Shown piece after piece: positions 49,518 to 60,889 of a DNA stretch of 64,000 bases (the first letter of the stretch is position 1; each line of letters opens with the position of its first letter). This DNA comes from an uncultured Planctomycetia bacterium. Lineage in GTDB: Bacteria > Omnitrophota > Gorgyraeia > VGKH01 > JBHPFN01. The stretch covers positions 6,106-70,105 of the forward strand of contig CAYOSQ010000009.1 in the NCBI GenBank assembly GCA_964406665.1. Reading direction: 5' to 3'. A program made the translations under genes and the position numbers. The notes below the pieces were generated by a model, which saw only the letters and a list, made by a program, of their open reading frames with translations, was not told the DNA's origin and did no database searches.

Positions 49518-51035
49518 ATGGTAAAAAAAGTTGGCTTTGATAATGAAAAATATTTAAAAGAACAGACCGCTGCAATTTTAGAGAGAACTGAAATGTATGG
49601 CAATAAGCTGTATCTCGAATTCGGCGGGAAACTCCTTTTTGATTATCACGCTTCTCGAGTATTACCAGGGTTTGATCCCAACGTTAAGATGCGCCTACTG
49701 CAGAAACTTAAAGATAAAGCAGATATTATTCTTTGTATCTATGCAGGTGATATCGAGAGACGAAAAGTAAGAGCTGATTTTGGCATTACCTATGATGTCG
49801 ATGCCTTAAAACTGATAGATGATTTAAAAGAATGGGGTTTAAGTATTCGTGCGGTGGTAATAACTCGCTTCGACAATCAACCTGCGGCTAAAATATTCAA
49901 AAATAAGTTAGAGCGTCGAAAAATCAAAGTTTATACGCATAAGTTTACTAAGGGATACCCTTCTGATATAGATACCATCGTAAGCGATGAAGGTTATGGA
50001 ACAAATGCATATATTGAAACGAAAAAACCCTTGGTTGTGGTTACTGCACCAGGGCCGGGAAGTGGAAAGTTGGCAACCTGTCTTTCGCAGCTTTATCATG
50101 ATTACAAAAAAGGTAATAAGTCCGGATATTCTAAATTTGAGACTTTTCCAATTTGGAATATACCTTTAAAGCATCCAGTTAATATCGCTTATGAGGCAGC
50201 AACCGCAGATTTAAGGGATTTCAATCTTATTGATCCATTTCATTTAGAAACTTACGGTGAGACGGCAATTAATTATAACCGAGATGTGGAAGTATTTCCT
50301 GTATTAAAAAGAATACTTGAGAAGATAACTGGGGCAGAATCTGATTTTCAGTCTCCTACTGATATGGGTTGTAATAGAGCAGGTTTCGGCATTATTGATG
50401 ATGATGCAGTAAAAGTGGCAGCGAGACAAGAAATAATCAGACGTTATTTTAGATACAGCTGTGAGTATGTTCTTGGTTTTGTAGATAAGGAAACTGTGGA
50501 AAGAGTTGAGCTTATTATGGAACAGATAGGTATGAAACCGAAGGACAGGGTTGTTGTTGATCATGCCAAAAAGGCAGCTGCAGAAGCTCAAAAGAAAGGC
50601 ACGGGTAACGAAGGGATATATTGCGGTGCTGCTATAGAGCTTCGTGATGGTTCTATAGTTACTGGTAAGAATTCTCCGCTTATGCACGCAACCCCAAGTT
50701 TAATTATAAATGCAATAAAGGTGTTAGCAGAAATCCCAGACAAAATACATTTATTGTCACCGGCAATAATACAATCAATCGGTAAGCTTAAAAAAACCAT
50801 GTCGAAGAAGACAGTGGTAAGCTTAGATTTAGAAGAAGCCCTTATAGCATTGAGCATAAGCGCAGCTACCAATCCAACATCGAAGTTGGCTATGGAAAAA
50901 CTGCAGGAGTTACAAGGTTGCGAAGTTCATGTAACTCATATTCCTACCCCTGGCGACGAGGCCGGATTAAGGAAGTTGGGAGTTAATTTGACCAGCGAAC
51001 CTGATTTTTCTAGTAGTAATCTTTTTGTAGCGTAA
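49518..51035 (+). CDS. DUF1846 / UPF0371 family protein
   Basis: FDNEKYL...[25 protein letters not shown]...[15 protein letters not shown]...[22 protein letters not shown] matches the family along its full length. Confidence 0.7.
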   Translation: MVKKVGFDNEKYLKEQTAAILERTEMYGNKLYLEFGGKLLFDYHASRVLPGFDPNVKMRLLQKLKDKADIILCIYAGDIERRKVRADFGITYDVDALKLIDDLKEWGLSIRAVVITRFDNQPAAKIFKNKLERRKIKVYTHKFTKGYPSDIDTIVSDEGYGTNAYIETKKPLVVVTAPGPGSGKLATCLSQLYHDYKKGNKSGYSKFETFPIWNIPLKHPVNIAYEAATADLRDFNLIDPFHLETYGETAINYNRDVEVFPVLKRILEKITGAESDFQSPTDMGCNRAGFGIIDDDAVKVAARQEIIRRYFRYSCEYVLGFVDKETVERVELIMEQIGMKPKDRVVVDHAKKAAAEAQKKGTGNEGIYCGAAIELRDGSIVTGKNSPLMHATPSLIINAIKVLAEIPDKIHLLSPAIIQSIGKLKKTMSKKTVVSLDLEEALIALSISAATNPTSKLAMEKLQELQGCEVHVTHIPTPGDEAGLRKLGVNLTSEPDFSSSNLFVA

Positions 51036-51054
51036 AATATAATATAAGAGGTGA

Positions 51055-52668
<1,614 letters not shown>

Positions 52669-52710
52669 TCTTTCCTTCGACCCCTGAGAAGACTTATTAT
52701 AAAATTATCT

Positions 52711-54114
52711 ATGTTTAAAAAAATCATAAACAAGATTTTGTCTTGGCGAAAAAAAGAAGTTGTCAACGGACCAATACTTCCCACTATTTTCCAACTAGCT
52801 TTCCCTCTAATGATCAGTTCTGCATTACACACTACCCAAAGCCTTGTAGATATGTTTTGGGTTGGCCGTCTTGGTTCTGCACCTATTGCTGCCGTCGGAA
52901 TAAGCGGAACAATAATCATGATATTGATAACGCTGATCTTTGGCGTATCTTCAGGAACCGTTGCCTTAGTTTCGCAGAATATTGGTGCGAAGAAACATTC
53001 TCAAGCCGGTCAAGTTGCTATGCATTCTTTACTATTGGCTGCTTTAGGGTCTCTTGTTGTTGCAATAATCGGAATTATATTCGCCAAGAAACTTCTTCTG
53101 ATTTTAGGTGCAAGTGAAGAAGTTGTTACAGTAGGAACAAGTTATCTTAGAATAATTCTTTCCGGTGGGATGATAATGTTTGTATTGTTTTTATCGAACT
53201 CTATACTTTTAGGTTCCGGCGATATGATTATTCCGATGATAGTAATGGTTATTGCAAATATTCTTAATATTGTGTTAGATCCTTTATTTATTTTTGGTAT
53301 TGGTTTTCCTAAGATGGGTACAGCTGGAGCTGCTTTAGCCTCTGTGATATCGCAATTTATTTCTTGTTGTATTGTGCTTTTTGTTTTGTTTAAAGGATAT
53401 TCTAATGTACGTATTCGTCTTTCTGAATTTTCATTTCAACCGAAGATCATAGTTGAAACATTAAAGATAGGCATACCTAGTTCTTTGCAGATGTTTTTTA
53501 GAAGTACTATGATGATAGTAATAATGTCTATCGTTGCAGGTTTTGGTACGTTTGCCTTGGCTGCTTATAGCATAGGGCTTAGGGTGCAGATGGTTATATT
53601 GATGCCTTCATTTGCTTTAGGGTCAACTGCGGCAACATTAGTTGGTCAGAATATCGGGGCAAGGCAGTTTAGAAAAGCACAAAAAAGTGCACTTGCCTCA
53701 GTTAGCCTGGATTTAATTTTTATGATTGTTTTAGGCATTTTATTCTTTGTATTTGCCGAGAACATAATTAGTTTCTTCGATAAAACTCCTGAGGTTATTG
53801 CCATAGGAAAAACTTATTTTAGAATAACCGCATTATTCTATAGCTTTATTGCATTCGGTGTTGTGCTTAATCGTGCGTTGGTGGGTGCCGGAGATACAGT
53901 TGTTCCTATGATTATTACTTTTGTTTCTCTCTGGGTAGTGCAAATCCCGCTTGCAATCTATTTATCAAAGCATACTGCTTTGGGTCTAAATGGTGTGTGG
54001 TGGGCTGTAGTTGTTTCCTATATTGCAAACGGATTGTGCATCTTGTTATGGTTTTTAACTGGCCATTGGAAAAAGAAGCATTTAGCTAAAGAAGACTTAA
54101 GCATTGTAAAGTGA
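52711..54114 (+). CDS. MATE-family efflux transporter
   Basis: It has 12 TM helices and a duplicated 6+6 layout typical of MATE/NorM. Confidence 0.7.
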   Translation: MFKKIINKILSWRKKEVVNGPILPTIFQLAFPLMISSALHTTQSLVDMFWVGRLGSAPIAAVGISGTIIMILITLIFGVSSGTVALVSQNIGAKKHSQAGQVAMHSLLLAALGSLVVAIIGIIFAKKLLLILGASEEVVTVGTSYLRIILSGGMIMFVLFLSNSILLGSGDMIIPMIVMVIANILNIVLDPLFIFGIGFPKMGTAGAALASVISQFISCCIVLFVLFKGYSNVRIRLSEFSFQPKIIVETLKIGIPSSLQMFFRSTMMIVIMSIVAGFGTFALAAYSIGLRVQMVILMPSFALGSTAATLVGQNIGARQFRKAQKSALASVSLDLIFMIVLGILFFVFAENIISFFDKTPEVIAIGKTYFRITALFYSFIAFGVVLNRALVGAGDTVVPMIITFVSLWVVQIPLAIYLSKHTALGLNGVWWAVVVSYIANGLCILLWFLTGHWKKKHLAKEDLSIVK

Positions 54115-54115
54115 A

Positions 54116-54334
54116 ATGATAGTAAGTGTAAAAGTTATAGCCAATGCAAAAAAAGAAATGGTTAAAGAAGAAGCAGGGGTTTTAAAGGCATATGTTAAGG
54201 TACCGGCAGTCGAGGGAAAAGCTAATAAAGCACTTATTGAATTATTATCAAAGCATTTTAAAGTTAGCAAGAAATCAATTTCTATCCAAAGAGGAAGTAA
54301 ATCCCGCCAGAAAACAATCTCAATAATATATTAA
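54116..54334 (+). CDS. DUF167 (YggU/UPF0235) family small protein
   Basis: It is a 72-aa protein: VKVIANAKKE...VKVPAVEGKANKALIELLSKHFKV. Confidence 0.6.
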   Translation: MIVSVKVIANAKKEMVKEEAGVLKAYVKVPAVEGKANKALIELLSKHFKVSKKSISIQRGSKSRQKTISIIY

Positions 54335-54371
54335 AGATATTCTTGAAAACAATTGACAATAATATAAGCTA

Positions 54372-54398
54372 GTGTTACGATTATTGATATCGTAACAC
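54372..54398 (+). promoter_or_regulatory. Dyad-symmetric operator candidate (10-bp inverted repeats, 7-bp spacer) in the nikR promoter
   Basis: GTGTTACGAT-tattgat-ATCGTAACAC ends 9 nt before the nikR ATG. TTGACA lies at 54353-54358 upstream. Confidence 0.5.
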
Positions 54399-54407
54399 CA
54401 TGAAATT

Positions 54408-54821
54408 ATGAAAAAACTAACACGATTTAGCATATCTTTAGAGCAGGACTTATTAAATAAGTTTGATAATCTTATAAAACAAGAAAAGTATTCCAATCGT
54501 TCTGAAGCCTTCCGGGATTTGATTAGAGATAAGTTGGTTAAATCTGACTGGCACAAAGGAAAAAAGGTTGCCGGGGCCATAACTCTTATTTATGATCATC
54601 ACAGAAGAGAATTAATACATAAATTGATGGAAATACAGCATGATTTTCAAGAATTAGTTGTTTCTACTCAGCACATACACTTAGATCATCATAATTGTTT
54701 TGAAATAATCGCTGTAAAAGGAAATGCTCGTGACGTTAAGAAATTAAGTGATAGCCTAAAATCTGTTAAAGGTGTAAAGCATGCTGCATTAAGTATGTCC
54801 AGCACGGGTAAAGATATATAA
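54408..54821 (+). CDS. nikR: Nickel-responsive regulator NikR (RHH plus ACT-like metal-binding domain)
   Basis: The N-terminal ribbon-helix-helix is TRFSISLEQDLLNKFDNLIKQEKYSNRSEAFRDLIR. The C-terminal His/Cys metal site is IYDHH...STQHIHLDHHNCFEII. Confidence 0.8.
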   Translation: MKKLTRFSISLEQDLLNKFDNLIKQEKYSNRSEAFRDLIRDKLVKSDWHKGKKVAGAITLIYDHHRRELIHKLMEIQHDFQELVVSTQHIHLDHHNCFEIIAVKGNARDVKKLSDSLKSVKGVKHAALSMSSTGKDI

Positions 54822-54875
54822 TTTTAAATATAATCCGAATAAAATAATAACCATTAAAACTGCAACGCAACCGAA

Positions 54876-55034
54876 ATGAAAAATATTGAGAACAAAAAAA
54901 ACAAATTGTCAGCAGCCTTAGAAGAAATAAATAAATCAATTAAGCAAGTAAACTTTGGAGAAGTAGTGGTAACAATTCATAATGCTAAAGTAGTGCAGGT
55001 TGAAAAGAGAGAGAAGAAAAGATTTGATAAGTAA
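54876..55034 (+). CDS. DUF2292 (YezD-like) small protein, 52 aa, not in the track
   Basis: MKNIENKK...VNFGEVVVTIHNAKVVQVEKREKKRF matches the DUF2292 signature (FGxVxIxxxxGKVVQIE..EK.R). The RBS is weak. A hairpin plus T-run follows at ~55035-55070. Confidence 0.45.
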   Translation: MKNIENKKNKLSAALEEINKSIKQVNFGEVVVTIHNAKVVQVEKREKKRFDK

Positions 55035-55120
55035 GAGCTACTACACAAGTAGAGCTAAATTTTAAAATTATATCAAGCCGACTGGACCACCAGAGGGATA
55101 GAATCTAAGGAGGTGGAGGC

Positions 55121-56407
55121 ATGGATCAAGTCCAGTCAGCAGGGAAAAGATTAAAATTACCTATTTTATTAACGGTTTTTTTAACTTTTTTGGGTATTTT
55201 GGGAGCTGCAGGTATTTCTTGTGCAGATGATGATGTGATAATGACTGAAATAAATGCACTTAAATCTCGTATTGCCCAGCTTGAAAACAAGTTAGCTGCG
55301 CAGGATAAAGAAGTGACAGGAATTCAGGAAAAAAGTATACTTCCTAGTATTGATGGTCTTACTATTGGCGCAGGTGCAACATTTGTTTTACAGGGCACTA
55401 ACAATGCTAACGGTGATGATCTCTCAGCAAATAGCGAGGATGTAATTGATCCAAGCTATTCAGTAGATATAACATTAACAAAAGAGTTTGAAAATGGAAC
55501 TGCCTTTATTGCTACAGAAGCAGGAGGGGGTGCTGGAGTCGATGATGAGCTTGCTGTTTTTAGCGCAGTAAATGCTGATGCAACCGGTGGAGATTCAAAC
55601 ATAGCTGTTACAGAAGCATGGTACCAGCACAATCTAGATCCTCTAACTGTTACTTTTGGTAAAATTGCTGCGGATGCTTTTATGGATGCCAATGAGTATG
55701 CAAATGATGAAACAACTCAGTTCTTAGGTTCAGAATTTAAACACTCATCAACCATAGAATTCCCTGACAATTCTGCAGGTTTCTTTTTCGGCTTAGCTCT
55801 TTCGGATATGTTCACCGCAGAGGCAATTATAATGGATGGAAATGCTGACTGGGAAGATATGTTTGAAGATACCTTTTATGGTGGACAACTTACAATTAGT
55901 CCTAGAATTGCCGGAAGACCAGGTAACTATCGTGTATTTGGATGGGGTAGTGGTCGTGATCACACTAAATGGAATGATTCATCAGTAGTTCAAAAAAGCT
56001 CTTATGGCTTTGGTTTAAGTGCGGATCAAGAGCTTACTGATATTATTGGTGTGTTTGCTCGCTACGCCTGGCAGAATCCTGAAGTTTACTTAAACGGTGA
56101 AAGTTTTTCACTTGAGCATTCATACAGTTTGGGAACGCAGATAGCCGGCGAACCCTGGGGAAGATCTGATGATGTTTTAGGAATTGCATTCGGTCAAATC
56201 TTTCCGTCAGGAGACTATAAAGATGCCGGCAGCAATTTAAATGCTGATGCCGAAGGACATGTTGAACTTTATTACAGCTATAAATGTAATGATCATTTAA
56301 CAGTAAGTCCTGATGTTCAGGTTATTATGAATCCTTACGGCGGCGATGCTACAAACGGAGATAATACTATTGTCGTAGGAGGCATAAGAGCACAGGTTGA
56401 TTTTTAG
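55121..56407 (+). CDS. Putative outer-membrane porin with an N-terminal coiled coil, within the nickel-uptake cluster
   Basis: It has a GGAGGTGGAGG RBS and a signal peptide. A coiled-coil segment (INALKSRIAQLENKLAAQDKE) is followed by Gly/aromatic-rich beta-strand periodicity. The C-terminus is ..AQVDF. Confidence 0.55.
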   Translation: MDQVQSAGKRLKLPILLTVFLTFLGILGAAGISCADDDVIMTEINALKSRIAQLENKLAAQDKEVTGIQEKSILPSIDGLTIGAGATFVLQGTNNANGDDLSANSEDVIDPSYSVDITLTKEFENGTAFIATEAGGGAGVDDELAVFSAVNADATGGDSNIAVTEAWYQHNLDPLTVTFGKIAADAFMDANEYANDETTQFLGSEFKHSSTIEFPDNSAGFFFGLALSDMFTAEAIIMDGNADWEDMFEDTFYGGQLTISPRIAGRPGNYRVFGWGSGRDHTKWNDSSVVQKSSYGFGLSADQELTDIIGVFARYAWQNPEVYLNGESFSLEHSYSLGTQIAGEPWGRSDDVLGIAFGQIFPSGDYKDAGSNLNADAEGHVELYYSYKCNDHLTVSPDVQVIMNPYGGDATNGDNTIVVGGIRAQVDF

Positions 56408-56434
56408 ATAGATGATTATAAGGAGAAAAAAATA

Positions 56435-57070
56435 ATGCATATTCCAGATGGTTTTTTAACAGCAAATACATGGATACCGACTTGGCTAATGTCTATAGGG
56501 GGATTGGGATATTGTTTGAAGCAAGCCGGTAGATTATTAAAAGATAGAATGATACCGCTCATGGGAGTTATGGCTGCATTTATCTTTGCAGCACAAATGT
56601 TAAACTTTCCTGTAATGGGTGGGACATCAGGTCATTTATTAGGAGGGGTTCTAGCAGCGGTGTTGCTGGGGCCATATGCAGGTGCAATTGTTATTGCTAT
56701 TGTTTTGACAGTCCAGTGTATTATTTTTCAAGATGGAGGGCTTACTGCACTTGGTGCGAATATTTTTAATATGTCTTTCATAGGTGCAATAGGCGGCTAT
56801 ATGCTTTATAGCTTAATAAGGAAAGCAATTAATGGCAAAAGAGGCATAATGATCGCTTCAGCAGTGGCTGCGTGGATTTCAGTGGTTGCAGCATCAGCTG
56901 TTTGCGCTTTTGAGTTAGCTTTTTCGGGTACTTCACCACTTAGGGTTGCTCTTCCTGCAATGGTAGGAGTGCATGTTTTGATAGGTATCGGTGAAGCAAT
57001 AATCACTTGTTTGGTTATTGGTTTCGTATTAGAAGCACGTCCTGATTTGATTTATGGGGAGGATAAATAA
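56435..57070 (+). CDS. cbiM: ECF-type Ni/Co transporter substrate-specific component CbiM/NikM
   Basis: The hallmark N-terminus is MHIPDGFL. There are about 5-6 TM helices. Confidence 0.85.
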   Translation: MHIPDGFLTANTWIPTWLMSIGGLGYCLKQAGRLLKDRMIPLMGVMAAFIFAAQMLNFPVMGGTSGHLLGGVLAAVLLGPYAGAIVIAIVLTVQCIIFQDGGLTALGANIFNMSFIGAIGGYMLYSLIRKAINGKRGIMIASAVAAWISVVAASAVCAFELAFSGTSPLRVALPAMVGVHVLIGIGEAIITCLVIGFVLEARPDLIYGEDK

Positions 57071-57072
57071 CT

Positions 57073-57366
57073 ATGAATAAGAAAGAAATACTTTTTGGTT
57101 TGACTGTTGCTTTATTTTTAGCCTTGCTTATTTCACCGTTTGCTTCATCGTGGCCAGATGGGTTGGAAAAAGTTGCAGAAGATAAAGGTTTTTTGGAATT
57201 AGGTGAAGTTGAGCCAATATTGTCTTCGCCTATTCCTGATTATCAATGGCCGGGATTAAACAACGAGGGATTTGCTACCGCGTCCGCAGGTTTAGCCGGG
57301 GTGTTAATTACATTTGGTGTGGTTTATGGTGTAGTGGGACTACTTAAAAAGCCTAAAACTCTATGA
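57073..57366 (+). CDS. PDGLE-domain small membrane protein (CbiN/NikL-like auxiliary component)
   Basis: It reads ...ISPFASSWPDGLEKVAEDKGF, with an N-terminal and a C-terminal TM helix. Confidence 0.6.
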   Translation: MNKKEILFGLTVALFLALLISPFASSWPDGLEKVAEDKGFLELGEVEPILSSPIPDYQWPGLNNEGFATASAGLAGVLITFGVVYGVVGLLKKPKTL

Positions 57367-58133
57367 GACATTCTTATCTAGACCACTATTGTGATATTGA
57401 TAGTGTGATTCATCGGATTGACCCGAGAATCAAGTTAATAAGTTTGCTCGGGTCAATCCTTTTTGTAATTCTTACTCCAGCTAATTCATTTATAGCTTTT
57501 GCGTTCTATGGCGTAGTTATTAGTTTGCTTTTAATTGTTTCAAAAATACCCGTAGGTTTTATTTTAAAACGGTCTTTGGTAATTATTCCTTTTGTTGTAG
57601 CGATTGCTTTATTTATTCCTTTTTTTAAACAGGGACAAATTGTTGGCAGATTTTACTTTGGAACGTTTCCAATTACAATAACATATGAAGGTTTAATGAT
57701 ATTTTGGAATATTATAGCAAAAGCGTATTTATCAATTCTATGTATGATTTTACTTTCAGTTACAACAAAATTTAGTGATTTACTTAAGGCAATGGAGAAT
57801 TTAAAATTGCCTAGAATAATCGTTATGATAATGTCATTTATGTATCGTTATATTTTTGTAATTATTGATGAACTTATGAGCATGAAGAGGGCAATGGATA
57901 GTCGTGCATCAGTTATAAAAAGGCATTCTCAGATAAAAGTGCTTGCTCGATTAATCGGAGTTCTTTTTGTACGTAGTTATGAGAGAGCCGAAAGGGTGTA
58001 TGCGGCTATGTGTTCGAGGGGATTCAGCGGAAAAATAGTTACGCTTAAAAGTAATTCGGTCAGTAAATTTGATATCTGCTTTCTTATTTGTTTATTTTTT
58101 GTTTTTGCTTTAATACGTTTTAACCTTATCTAA
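57363..58133 (+). CDS. cbiQ: ECF transporter transmembrane (T) component CbiQ
   Basis: It shows the hydrophobic 5-TM pattern typical of CbiQ/EcfT. Its ATGA start overlaps the previous gene. Confidence 0.7.
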   Translation: MRHSYLDHYCDIDSVIHRIDPRIKLISLLGSILFVILTPANSFIAFAFYGVVISLLLIVSKIPVGFILKRSLVIIPFVVAIALFIPFFKQGQIVGRFYFGTFPITITYEGLMIFWNIIAKAYLSILCMILLSVTTKFSDLLKAMENLKLPRIIVMIMSFMYRYIFVIIDELMSMKRAMDSRASVIKRHSQIKVLARLIGVLFVRSYERAERVYAAMCSRGFSGKIVTLKSNSVSKFDICFLICLFFVFALIRFNLI

Positions 58134-58142
58134 AATAATTAT

Positions 58143-58907
58143 ATGAATAAAGAAATTGTTAAAGTCTATTCACTCAATTACGGTTATCCAGATGGTACCA
58201 TAGCCCTTTCAAATATTAATTTGGATATCTATCAAGGTGAGTCTGTTGCTATCATTGGTCCTAACGGCGCAGGGAAATCTACATTTTTGTTGCATCTTAA
58301 CGGAGTTTTACCGGAGTCATTTTCTTCTGAGAGCAATATAGTTGTTGATGATATAGAAGTAAATAGAGAAAATTTACCTGAAATTCGCAAAAAAGTAGGA
58401 TTGGTATTTCAGAATCCGGATGATCAATTATTTAATCCAACCGTATTTGAAGATATCGCATTCGGCCCGCTTAATCTAGGATATCCTAGCAAAGAAATAC
58501 AGCGGCGGGTAACTGTTGCATTAGAAAAAGTAGGGATGTATGGTTTCGAAAAGAAGCTTTCTCATCATCTTAGTTTTGGTGAAAAAAAGAGAATTTCTTT
58601 GGCCACAGTACTTTCTCTAGATCCAAAAGTTATTGCTTTAGATGAGCCGACTAGTAATTTAGATCCGAAAAGCAGAAGAGAGTTCTTGAATTTGCTTAAT
58701 CAAATGTCCACTACAAAGATTATTGCTACTCACGATCTTGAAGCTGTAGTTGAGACGTGTCAGAAAGTTGTAATATTAGATAAAGGAAAGATTTGTGCTG
58801 CAGGAGAAACCAGGGAAATCCTTTTAGACAAAGAACTTCTTGAAGTTCATGGATTAGAAGTGCCATATAGCCTAAGAGAAGTTTCTGTAGATATTATCTC
58901 ATCTTAA
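58143..58907 (+). CDS. cbiO: ECF transporter ATPase CbiO
   Basis: Walker A is GPNGAGKST. The signature is LSFGEKKR. Walker B is IALDEPT and the H-loop is ATHD. Confidence 0.85.
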   Translation: MNKEIVKVYSLNYGYPDGTIALSNINLDIYQGESVAIIGPNGAGKSTFLLHLNGVLPESFSSESNIVVDDIEVNRENLPEIRKKVGLVFQNPDDQLFNPTVFEDIAFGPLNLGYPSKEIQRRVTVALEKVGMYGFEKKLSHHLSFGEKKRISLATVLSLDPKVIALDEPTSNLDPKSRREFLNLLNQMSTTKIIATHDLEAVVETCQKVVILDKGKICAAGETREILLDKELLEVHGLEVPYSLREVSVDIISS

Positions 58908-58956
58908 AACAGTCATTAATTAGACAGACAAAATAATATTTGATATAATACATTTC

Positions 58957-59751
58957 ATGACTTTTTTAAATAAAAAGATAAAAATGAAACGACTTCTGAT
59001 AATAATAACTACAATTATAGTTTTTTCCATCTCGGCTTTTTTAATTTCTACTCCTAGGTTATATACAGTTCCTATTTTAACTTATCATCATATCGATGAC
59101 GAAGAACACAGGGATAGCCCGGCTGTAAGCATTGAAAACTTTTCCTGGCAGATGGAGTTTATCCAGGAGAGAGAATATAATGTAATTTCTTTAGACGAGT
59201 TAGTTGTGGGGATAAAAACTAATAAGAGGTTTCCTTTCAAAACTGTTGTGATTACCTTTGATGATGGTTATAAGAATTTTTATACGAATGCGTTTCCGGT
59301 TTTAAAAAAATATAATTTTCCTGTAACTATTTTTATCGGTTCTAAAACAGTAGGTAAGCAATTTATGACCTGGGGAGAGATTTATGAAATAAGGGACTGG
59401 GGGGCTGATTTTGGCTCTCACGGAGTTCTCCAGGCATATTTGCCGATAGAAAACGAAATAGTCTTACATAAAGAAATATTCTTAAGTAAAGAGACGTTAG
59501 AAAGTAAGTTGGAAAAAGAGATAAGATATTTCTGCTATCCCTTAGGTGGTTTTAATAATAGGATAAAACATTTGGTTAAATTAGCAGGGTACAGAGGTGC
59601 CTGCACGACAAATAGAGGATCTAATAGATTCAACCGCGATGTATATAGTCTGCAAAGAATTAAGCCTACCAACAAAGATACATCAGCAACGTTCTGGATG
59701 AAGTTATCTGGTCTTTATAACTTATTTAGAAGTCAGCGTGAACCTTATTAA
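58957..59751 (+). CDS. Polysaccharide deacetylase (NodB-homology) with an N-terminal membrane anchor
   Basis: Motifs TFDDGYKNFY and HG are present. The start may instead be the downstream ATG at 58984 (MKRLLIII). Confidence 0.65.
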   Translation: MTFLNKKIKMKRLLIIITTIIVFSISAFLISTPRLYTVPILTYHHIDDEEHRDSPAVSIENFSWQMEFIQEREYNVISLDELVVGIKTNKRFPFKTVVITFDDGYKNFYTNAFPVLKKYNFPVTIFIGSKTVGKQFMTWGEIYEIRDWGADFGSHGVLQAYLPIENEIVLHKEIFLSKETLESKLEKEIRYFCYPLGGFNNRIKHLVKLAGYRGACTTNRGSNRFNRDVYSLQRIKPTNKDTSATFWMKLSGLYNLFRSQREPY

Positions 59752-59752
59752 T

Positions 59753-60889
59753 TTAAATAAAATTGATGATGGTTTCTGCGGCTCGCTTTGTTGCGCCGGG
59801 TTTACCTAGATAATTCTCTAGTTTTTCCAGCTCACTTTTCATTTCGATTATTTTTTTTGGACTCAAGAGAAGATTGAGGGCTTCTTCAGCAATTTTCTTA
59901 GCCGTTACATCGTTCTGGATTAATTCAGGAACAATCTTTTTTCTGGCCACAACATTTACTAATCCAATAAAAGGAAGTCGAACAAGCATCTTTGCAATTA
60001 ACCAGGTTAAGAAAGATACTTTGTATATTATTATTAATGGTTTTTTTAATATTGCAATTTCTAGCGTTGCGGTTCCCGAAGCGCTTATAGCTAGATCAGA
60101 GGCGTTGATTCCATTGTAAGTATTTTCTCGACAGATTCTAATAGGTAGATTATAGCCAGAGGTATATTTTTTAATTGATTCATCATTCAATGAATGAGAT
60201 TGCAGGATGATAAATTGAGAGTTATTAATTTTGTCATGGATTATTTTTGCAGCTTCCAGCATTTCGGGCAAGAGAGATTTTATTTCTCTTTCTCTGGATC
60301 CGGGAAGAAGGCTTACAGTAACATTTTTTTCTGCTAGTCCAATTTCATTTAAGAATTGTTTCCTATCTTGAGAAATAGAAACAATATCTAGTAGAGGATG
60401 TCCTACGAAAGCAGCTTCAACATCGTGGCGACCATAGAGCTCTTCTTCGAACTTAAAAAGAACGATCATTCTATCTACGCATTTCTTAATAAGTTTTATT
60501 CTGTTTTTGCCCCAAGCCCAGACCTGCGGACTAATATAATAAATAACACGAATATTTCTTTTTTTTAATTCTTTGGCAAGTCTTAGGTTAAACCCCGGAT
60601 AATCAATAAGAATGACTGCATCAGGTTTTTCTTTGTCAATTTCAAGAAGAAAGTCTTTAAAGATTTTTTTAAACTTACTTAGGTTTTTCAATACTTCAGA
60701 AAAACCTACAACAGCCAGATCAACAATGTTATAGGTTATTCTTACTCCGGCTTCCTGCATTTTTTTTCCGCCTAAACCAAAAAACTCTATATCAGGAGAT
60801 ATTTCTTTTATTGCTTCAATTAAGTGTGCTGCGTGTAAATCGCTGGAGGCTTCTCCGGCGACGATCGCAAGTTTTTTTATCTTTTCCAT
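59753..60889 (-). CDS. lpxB: Lipid-A-disaccharide synthase
   Basis: It is a GT19 family member. The N-terminus is KLAIVAGEASSDLHAAHLIEAIK and it is 378 aa. Confidence 0.85.
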   Translation of the reverse strand: MEKIKKLAIVAGEASSDLHAAHLIEAIKEISPDIEFFGLGGKKMQEAGVRITYNIVDLAVVGFSEVLKNLSKFKKIFKDFLLEIDKEKPDAVILIDYPGFNLRLAKELKKRNIRVIYYISPQVWAWGKNRIKLIKKCVDRMIVLFKFEEELYGRHDVEAAFVGHPLLDIVSISQDRKQFLNEIGLAEKNVTVSLLPGSREREIKSLLPEMLEAAKIIHDKINNSQFIILQSHSLNDESIKKYTSGYNLPIRICRENTYNGINASDLAISASGTATLEIAILKKPLIIIYKVSFLTWLIAKMLVRLPFIGLVNVVARKKIVPELIQNDVTAKKIAEEALNLLLSPKKIIEMKSELEKLENYLGKPGATKRAAETIINFI

